A stretch of 64,000 nucleotides of DNA, from the IMG/VR virus record IMGVR_UViG_3300023083_000001, positions 186,001 to 250,000 of that record. The stretch is one strand, 5' to 3'. The stretch's first letter is position 1. Every line of letters starts with the position of its first letter. The notes below the pieces were generated by a model. The model worked only from the letters and a program-made list of their open reading frames with translations, ran no database searches and had not been told where the DNA came from. This document shows positions 57,560-64,000 of the stretch, piece by piece. A program made the position numbers and the translations under genes.

Positions 57560-58462
57560 ATGGATATCGCCGCATTCATCCGCAACCTCCTCCCGACGTT
57601 TGGGAAGAAAGATGTACGGGAAAAGCTTCGCATCATTTCCCGGAAGATCTCTGACATCGTCCAGCCTTGCCTGGAGTTGTTCCTGACCTCGATCGATGAG
57701 AAGTCATTGGTATCGGCGTACGGGATCAAGTTCAAGCGTGACTTGCTCGCGATCCTTCCTCCTCGCCTGCGTAACGTGGACAAGCCTTACGGCATGGTCC
57801 TGACCGCAGCGATGTCGAACGCCAGTAAGCTGGTCGACTTGCTCGAGACCTACATCACCAAGAACTTGAGTGAGACCATCAACATCGAAGGCATGACCTA
57901 TCAAAAGGCATCCGTCATTCGGTTGATTGAATTGCTCGACTTCACGGTCGATTACGCCGGACGGCAACTGGCGTACCTGGTCGCTTCGGAAACCAACGTG
58001 GTCGCTTTCGAACGTCCTGATGGTAAGCCGTACACCCAGGCTGAAATGAACTACATTCTGAACAACCAAGCAACCTACTTCAGGATGCTGGATCTGCTCA
58101 ACGGCGATCCAAAGAAAACGTTCTCGACGATTGAAAGTATTCCTGAGATCGTGATGGGCGACATGGCCATCGGCGAAGTTCCAGCGTTGGCAGGTGCTTC
58201 GGCTGACCCTTTGCTGCTGGGTGCCATTCCTGGCATCTCCAACATCTTCCATTGGGTCGGCATCCGCGTCGTTGACTACGAAGTCGAACGCTACGAATGT
58301 GCCTTGAAACAAAAGCGTGATATCGAGCTGCGTCTGGAGTCGCTGAAACAGCGCCGTCTGGGTAACCTCGACGCACAGACCGAGTCGATCATCGAAGGCT
58401 ACGAACGTGAGCTGACTCTGTCACGTGCCAAGATCGCTCGCTTTGAGGAGAAAGCCCGATGA
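57560..58462 (+). CDS. Virion head protein (phiKZ gp90-like)
   Basis: LLPTFGK N-terminus; C-terminal coiled coil. Confidence 0.7.
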   Translation: MDIAAFIRNLLPTFGKKDVREKLRIISRKISDIVQPCLELFLTSIDEKSLVSAYGIKFKRDLLAILPPRLRNVDKPYGMVLTAAMSNASKLVDLLETYITKNLSETINIEGMTYQKASVIRLIELLDFTVDYAGRQLAYLVASETNVVAFERPDGKPYTQAEMNYILNNQATYFRMLDLLNGDPKKTFSTIESIPEIVMGDMAIGEVPALAGASADPLLLGAIPGISNIFHWVGIRVVDYEVERYECALKQKRDIELRLESLKQRRLGNLDAQTESIIEGYERELTLSRAKIARFEEKAR

Positions 58463-58971
58463 GACTCGTCTATACGCACCGTGGGTTTCCCACTGCGATG
58501 GACGTGACGTCGGGTGTGGAGAGCATTTACGAGTCTCCCGCCATCAGCGACATCTACCGCCGTCGTATGGAGCAGAACCGGCCTGACGTAGCCCTGGAGC
58601 TTGTTCAGATAGCTACTATGACCAAAGAGTGGCAAGCGACGCGAGGGTTCTTTGTACCCTCGCTGAGTCCAAGTGTTCGCATCAGTGGTGCGGTGGCTTC
58701 CTTCATTGGCGAGACCGCTCTCTATCTGACGAAACAGATCACCCGCCGTCGTGTCTCGTTTCAAGACCGTGGGTTGATGATCAAAGCCGATGCATTGGTT
58801 GATGCGCGTCTTCCTAACTTCAGTAAAGAAGAACGTGCGGCAATCGAAGAGCTTTCGTTTCTGAGCACTGAAGAAATCATCCAAATGTGGGTGGTGAACC
58901 TGGGTGTTGATGATCTCTCGCAAACCCTCCAGTTGTATGTAGGTGATCGCAGCAACGCTGCCGCCTCGTAA
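58459..58971 (+). CDS. Virion protein (phiKZ gp91-like position)
   Basis: ATGA coupling, 170 aa. Confidence 0.6.
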   Translation: MRLVYTHRGFPTAMDVTSGVESIYESPAISDIYRRRMEQNRPDVALELVQIATMTKEWQATRGFFVPSLSPSVRISGAVASFIGETALYLTKQITRRRVSFQDRGLMIKADALVDARLPNFSKEERAAIEELSFLSTEEIIQMWVVNLGVDDLSQTLQLYVGDRSNAAAS

Positions 58972-59033
58972 TACTGTGCGTATACGCCGTCGGCTTGCAT
59001 ACCGACGTAATTTTCCTAGGAGTTTTAAACGTT

Positions 59034-60359
59034 ATGAGCAATTCCACTCTCGCAGCATCCCTTCGCCAATACGCTATCGAAGCTGGCGAAATCGGTGAAG
59101 ATCCGATCAAAGATGATCCGTCCCTGATCGGCGCTGAAGAAATCACCATCGTCACCGACAACACCCAAACCGAACTCGAAGAAGCTCTGGAAGAAACTTC
59201 CGAGAAAGTTGAGCGTCTGGAAGACAACGGCGCCGGCGCTGAAAAGATCATGGACGCTGTTGAGTCCCTGGAATCGTACGTTTCTGCGATCCTGGCCAAC
59301 CGCGAAGCTGGCGTTCCTCTGAACGGCCCAGCCATGCAATACCTGAACATGGGCCTGACCGCCTCCCTCGAAGCCCGCGACATTCCTCGCGAAATCTTCG
59401 AAGCTGACGTGCTGGCTCTGCACACTTCCTTCGAGTCCAACTCGAGCGAAGACTACAGCACTGAAGCTGAAGAAAAGGCCAAAGGTCTGCTGGCTCGCCT
59501 GTGGTCCATGCTCAAGGCCGCCGTCTCCGCCATGGCGACCGCGTTCAAAGAGTTCTTCACCACCATGGGCAAAAACGCCAGCGCTATCAAAGCCGCCGGT
59601 GCCAAGCTCAAGCGTGTTGGCGGTTCGATCAAAGGCGAAGTCAAAGAAGGCAAAGTCTCTGTCGGCAAGAACTCCCGTCTGGGTGAAGGCGCTTCGATCA
59701 ATCCAGGTAAAGCACTGGACGATCTGAAAGCTCATTACACCACCGACGTGCTCGGCATCACCAAGCAGATCCGCGCTACCCTGGGCGACCTGTCCACCGT
59801 GCTGGCTGATCCAACTCCTGCCAAGATCGAAGCGTGGGAAGCGTCTGCCGCTGGTAAAGCTCCTTCGAGCAAAACCGTCGTGCTGCCAGGCGCTTACTCG
59901 CTGAAGTACGTGGCCGGCGTTGGTTCGGGCTTCGAAGCTCTGTCCAAAGCAACCTTCTCGGTTGTCGGCTCGGCTAACGCCAATGCCGCTGGTCAGATGG
60001 ATCCGCTGACTCCTGCTGAAATCACCGCACTGGGCGGCAAGATCGAAGCGATCGGCACTCTGATGGAAACTGCTGCCAAAGAAGTTGACACCATCGTCAA
60101 GGCTAACGACGCTCTGCTGGCTAACGCCGACAAAGCTGTTACCAAGGCTGCTGGTGGCACTCCTGAGCAGGTGGCTGCTGCGCGTAAAGCTCTGACCTCG
60201 GCTCGTTTCGCGATCGTTGCGAACAAAGGCGTGATCCCTGCTTACCTGCGTCACGTTGGCGCTGCTGCCAAAGAAGCTTACGGCGTTGGCATGGCCTCCG
60301 CTCGCAAGTACGGCGCTGTAGCCGCTGCCGCTGCTCCTGCTGCCGCTGCTACTGCCTAA
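59034..60359 (+). CDS. Abundant internal head protein (gp93-type paralog family)
   Basis: Acidic propeptide with SLE/SFE/STE sites; amphipathic helix; very strong codon bias. Confidence 0.75.
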   Translation: MSNSTLAASLRQYAIEAGEIGEDPIKDDPSLIGAEEITIVTDNTQTELEEALEETSEKVERLEDNGAGAEKIMDAVESLESYVSAILANREAGVPLNGPAMQYLNMGLTASLEARDIPREIFEADVLALHTSFESNSSEDYSTEAEEKAKGLLARLWSMLKAAVSAMATAFKEFFTTMGKNASAIKAAGAKLKRVGGSIKGEVKEGKVSVGKNSRLGEGASINPGKALDDLKAHYTTDVLGITKQIRATLGDLSTVLADPTPAKIEAWEASAAGKAPSSKTVVLPGAYSLKYVAGVGSGFEALSKATFSVVGSANANAAGQMDPLTPAEITALGGKIEAIGTLMETAAKEVDTIVKANDALLANADKAVTKAAGGTPEQVAAARKALTSARFAIVANKGVIPAYLRHVGAAAKEAYGVGMASARKYGAVAAAAAPAAAATA

Positions 60360-60379
60360 CGGTAGTTGCAACTGATTGA

Positions 60380-60414
60380 ACATATAGGCCGGGCTTGTCC
60401 CGGCTTATATGCTG
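60380..60414 (+). terminator. CATA/TATG hairpin
   Basis: CATATAGGCCGGG-CTTGT-CCCGGCTTATATG. Confidence 0.7.
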
Positions 60415-60466
60415 CTAGCGACTTTATCCTATGACCTAATAACCCTACAGCACAAAGGCGGCTTGT

Positions 60467-61633
60467 ATGGACAATGAATTACTGGATCAGGATCCGTTCC
60501 ACGATCTAATACAAGCTGACAGTACCTTGAGTGCAAGCTTCGAGAATCTTCAGCGTGTGATGGACTCCTACACCGCGCTGGAAAGCTTCATGCAAGCAGG
60601 TGAATCTCTGCCCTCATTCGAGTCTGTATCGCGCCCAATGATCGCAGCTATCCTGGGTGGTACCGATTACGATGTAGACGATCTCGACGTCAGCGTCGAG
60701 TCAGTACGCGGGATGGTAGGTTCAGCTGTTAAAGCAATCCTTGCAGCCTTGCAGAACTTCTTCAAGTCCCTGTTCTCTTTTCTGAGCAGTATGGACTTGG
60801 CGGCTTCCTGGCTGATGCGCAAAGTTGTTCTCCTGGAACGGCAGGTGGCGTCGAGCCGTGGTAAAGTGGCTCAGCAAGAACGCGTAACTCTGGGGCGTCA
60901 GTACAAGTACTTGCGTGTGGGTAAAGTCTTTGCTGAAGATTCCCTGCGTCTTGAAACTGAACTGAAGAACCTGCTCGGTGTGATCAATGTGATTAACACT
61001 GAATATTTGAACTCCGTTCTTAAGGTTGCTGAACGTCTGCCTGCTGCTGTACGTGGCAAGACTTCAGATGCCTTAGTCACCGAGTTGGTAGGTTTGATCC
61101 GTGGTGTCCCTTTCGATGGACTGGCTTCGAAGATGGGGATGTCCGATGTTCCCTACGAACGCTTCAGTCGTAAGAACGTGCAAGCCACCAGTCCATTGCT
61201 GGGCGGGAAAAGCTTGTTCTACCTTAAGTCTGATTTGGATGCTAAAGGTGTGCGAGGTTTCAGGTTCCATGGTTTCAGTTATGACACCACGGGACGGGAC
61301 GTAGGTCGTGTAGAAGCAACGCATGACTTCAACACCCTGTCACCTGCACAGATCGGCAACATCCCAACGGTGGTGCGTGAGATCCTACAACAGATCTCCA
61401 AAGGTGCTAACGCCAGTACCCGCAGCCAGATCACGCGTACACAACGCACGTTGGATAACTTCGTCAAGGCTCAAGAGTCTTCGGCAGGTGGTGATGTGGA
61501 CGCTATCCGTAAAACTGTATCAACTCTCACTTATTGGATGTCTTCTCCATCCAGAGCCCTTTTCATTGACTCGATGTCGGTCTGTCGAGCAGTGGTTCTT
61601 TATTGCAACGCGTCCATTCGAACCTACAGGTGA
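60467..61633 (+). CDS. Internal head protein paralog
   Basis: SFE and SVE sites, then ILAALQNFFKSLF helix. Confidence 0.7.
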   Translation: MDNELLDQDPFHDLIQADSTLSASFENLQRVMDSYTALESFMQAGESLPSFESVSRPMIAAILGGTDYDVDDLDVSVESVRGMVGSAVKAILAALQNFFKSLFSFLSSMDLAASWLMRKVVLLERQVASSRGKVAQQERVTLGRQYKYLRVGKVFAEDSLRLETELKNLLGVINVINTEYLNSVLKVAERLPAAVRGKTSDALVTELVGLIRGVPFDGLASKMGMSDVPYERFSRKNVQATSPLLGGKSLFYLKSDLDAKGVRGFRFHGFSYDTTGRDVGRVEATHDFNTLSPAQIGNIPTVVREILQQISKGANASTRSQITRTQRTLDNFVKAQESSAGGDVDAIRKTVSTLTYWMSSPSRALFIDSMSVCRAVVLYCNASIRTYR

Positions 61634-61636
61634 ATC

Positions 61637-62932
61637 ATGTCTCAATTTAAACAACAGTACCAAGAAGCACTCAAAGGCGGAGCAAGCCTGGAGTCCGCTG
61701 AGATTGCCGGTATGGCTGCAATGCCTGTCGACAGTAGCGAGTGGACTCAGGACGACGTTGAAGACATGCTGGAAGATCGTGACAGCGTTATTGTATCTGA
61801 TGATGCCGTCACCGACCTGGCTGCCGATGGTAAGTTCCTGGCCGCATCGTCTGCCGTCACCAACGTGGTAGGTCAGGCTGCAACGGCTGCTGAAACCATG
61901 CCACCTGCTGTAGCCGAAGCGTTTGTCGATCAAGCCAACTGTGTGATCAACGATGCGTCGAAAGTGATTGGTTCGCCGATCCCTAACCTCAAGTGTGACG
62001 AAGATGGTTTCGTCAACAACGCGTCGATGGAAGGTCTGTCCGATTGGTTCGGTACTGCTGCCCGTGCATTCAAAGCTTCCACCGGTCAGTTCTTTGGCCG
62101 CATCGCTTTGACGTTCACTCGTCTGAACGAAAGCTCCAAGGGTTTGCTCAACCGCTGCTCACGCATCCGTAGCAAAATCAAGTCCCGTAAGGGTGCAGGC
62201 GGTAAGGCGCTGAAGATCAGCTCCAGCGATCTGCGTTACCTGATCCTGGGTGATGGCTACGTCAACAACCCGATCGCAGCGTTGAATGAGTTCAGTGCGC
62301 TGAGTCTTTCGGTCAGTCAAGTCGTCGAGCAGTATTTTGACCGTGTGGACAAGATCCTCAAGGCCAAGATCTTCGATGCGTTGGCTAATGCCTCGGGTAA
62401 CCGTTCGGTGTTCACCAATATCGAGACGTCTGACCTGCTCAAGCAACTGACTGACATTATCAGCAAACAACCAGCACTGAGCCTGGGTAATGTGAAGTAT
62501 GCAGTCAGTAAGATCGACTCGTCCAAAATCATCGGCGTGACCTTGCAAGACCAAACCCCACTGGCCGAACAGCTGGTCAAGCATCTGGACCCTATCCAGT
62601 CGCTGACCAATGAAGAAGTCATGGAATGGGTCAAAGGTCTGGAAGACTTGATCAACGCTCAAATGACGCGTCTGGAGAAGATCACCGACCGCACCAGCCG
62701 TTCGTTCGACAATGTACGCTCCACGCTCGAGAAGCTGAACTACACCGGCGGTGACAAAGATGAGCCGCTGCTGGCTGACGATGTCGACGTCATCGAACTG
62801 TTGCGTTTGGAAAATCAGATGGTCAGCGAAGTCGGCGCTATCTGCGAACGTCTTGCCAGCTACCAGCAAGACCTGGTCAACCGTCTCGACTCGGCGTTGG
62901 TCGTTGTAGAAGAATCCCTCTTCCAGGACTGA
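61637..62932 (+). CDS. Internal head protein paralog
   Basis: ASLE and ASMEGL sites after an acidic propeptide. Confidence 0.7.
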   Translation: MSQFKQQYQEALKGGASLESAEIAGMAAMPVDSSEWTQDDVEDMLEDRDSVIVSDDAVTDLAADGKFLAASSAVTNVVGQAATAAETMPPAVAEAFVDQANCVINDASKVIGSPIPNLKCDEDGFVNNASMEGLSDWFGTAARAFKASTGQFFGRIALTFTRLNESSKGLLNRCSRIRSKIKSRKGAGGKALKISSSDLRYLILGDGYVNNPIAALNEFSALSLSVSQVVEQYFDRVDKILKAKIFDALANASGNRSVFTNIETSDLLKQLTDIISKQPALSLGNVKYAVSKIDSSKIIGVTLQDQTPLAEQLVKHLDPIQSLTNEEVMEWVKGLEDLINAQMTRLEKITDRTSRSFDNVRSTLEKLNYTGGDKDEPLLADDVDVIELLRLENQMVSEVGAICERLASYQQDLVNRLDSALVVVEESLFQD

Positions 62933-62935
62933 TCA

Positions 62936-62983
62936 GACATAAGGCCTGCACGCAGAGGGTACTGCCCTCTGCGTGTTATGCCG
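62936..62983 (+). terminator. CATA/TATG hairpin
   Basis: CACGCAGAGGG-TACTG-CCCTCTGCGTG, then TTATGC. Confidence 0.7.
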
Positions 62984-63009
62984 CCACCTGACAATAGGTA
63001 GATCATCCA

Positions 63010-64000
63010 ATGCCGCGAATTACAGTCAAACTCGCGTCCAGTTACGAGAACATCTCAAGACCTGTGTGTATGGGTCTGGCTCGGGATGTAATGGTGCTGT
63101 GCGACATCGACGAGAAGACACCTGTGTTCATGCCAGGTGAGTTTGAACAAGTCAATCAACCCAACACTGAAATGGGTGGATCGGGCGAAGCTATCTTTGA
63201 AAGCTTTGAACGCATCATCGTGGTAGCCGAAGACAACATGCGTCAAGAGTCTGTTCTGAATCAGGTTGTACGTCAGAACGAACTCCCACCCATGTTGGAA
63301 GATAACCGACTGGGGATCAGTGTACGTCCCGTCTACATGCAGTCGGACATCACGTTGTCGTTCCGCTACATCTGTAGTACACGTCAGCAGGCTATCAAGT
63401 GGCGCGATGAGTTCGCTGCAAGGCGGGCTGAGAACCGTACCAGCGTCTCCCATGAGATCAGCTACAAGATCCCAGTGCAGGATGGCGTCATTGGTCTATT
63501 GGCACATTTGCATCATCTGCGTGAAAAGACGGCAGGGTATGGTGAAACGTTCAACGAGTATTTTAGAAGTATCCAGAAGCGTGAGTTCATTGGACTGGGT
63601 ACTCAGGATGGGGACATTGATAAACTCCTCATCGCTGTTCCTGAGAAACAAGTGGAAGTCACAGGGTGGTTTGATTTCAACGAGATCCCCAAGGAAACCA
63701 AGATCAGTGGTAACTCAACGTGGGAGATTCAATTCACCTACCGTCTGATGTACCACCGTGCCACTCACTTGTACATTTCCTATCCGTTGATGGTTCACCA
63801 GAGTCATATCTCGAAAACCTACTTCTCATCTCGTCCTCGGTATTGCATTGAGGAGTTGAACAAGAACGGGGCCATTGGGATCAAGGCACTGGATGCAATC
63901 GATGGTCAGTACAACCACTTCCCGGCACCAGCGGACGGGATGCGGATTCCAGCTTACGATGAGTGGATTCCACAACCTCGTTCACAACCGCCCATGAGCG
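63010..64000 (+). CDS. Virion structural protein (phiKZ gp98-like), truncated by window end
   Basis: ATG 63010 (MPRITVKLASSYENISRPV); absent from the ORF track, consistent with no stop before the window end. Confidence 0.65.
   Translation, partial: MPRITVKLASSYENISRPVCMGLARDVMVLCDIDEKTPVFMPGEFEQVNQPNTEMGGSGEAIFESFERIIVVAEDNMRQESVLNQVVRQNELPPMLEDNRLGISVRPVYMQSDITLSFRYICSTRQQAIKWRDEFAARRAENRTSVSHEISYKIPVQDGVIGLLAHLHHLREKTAGYGETFNEYFRSIQKREFIGLGTQDGDIDKLLIAVPEKQVEVTGWFDFNEIPKETKISGNSTWEIQFTYRLMYHRATHLYISYPLMVHQSHISKTYFSSRPRYCIEELNKNGAIGIKALDAIDGQYNHFPAPADGMRIPAYDEWIPQPRSQPPMS

Noticed and set aside
59025-60383. 452-aa antisense ORF over the internal head protein gene
   Set aside because: Same codon-bias artefact; S/F/G-rich composition
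63266-63748. 160-aa track ORF
   Set aside because: Out-of-frame shadow of the ORF starting at 63010
1-64000. CRISPR arrays, tRNAs, transposases
   Set aside because: No regularly spaced repeats, cloverleafs or transposase motifs noticed by eye; a covariance-model search would be needed to fully exclude RNA genes

Overview
This window is part of a nucleus-forming jumbo phage genome (phiKZ-like, Chimalliviridae); all assignments come from motif recognition and recalled phiKZ gene order, with no database search. It holds the family core in phiKZ-like order: PhuZ tubulin, both halves of a split family-B DNA polymerase (~36 kb apart), chimallin (ChmA), four non-virion RNAP subunits (gp55-, gp68-, gp71-73- and gp74-like), one virion RNAP subunit (gp80-like), an SbcD nuclease, ChmC, PicA/Imp1, an SF2 helicase, and virion head/baseplate genes with S-x-E maturation sites. 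Accessory ORF clusters lie between these. I saw no tRNA, CRISPR array, intron or transposase. Best leads: (1) a putative programmed -1 frameshift (T TTT TTT at 46482-46488 plus a 3' stem-loop) fusing a T4 gp26-like chaperone to the next ORF, as in lambda G/GT; (2) a tandem array of about ten divergent, overlapping ORFs with a shared architecture between phuZ and the polymerase, possibly nuclear-import adaptors; (3) a structured ~185-nt chmA leader; (4) a purine-skewed, DNA-hairpin-rich intergenic element that may be an origin; (5) a family of CATA-hairpin-TATG intergenic elements; (6) a C-terminal RSW motif shared by PicA and its neighbour.
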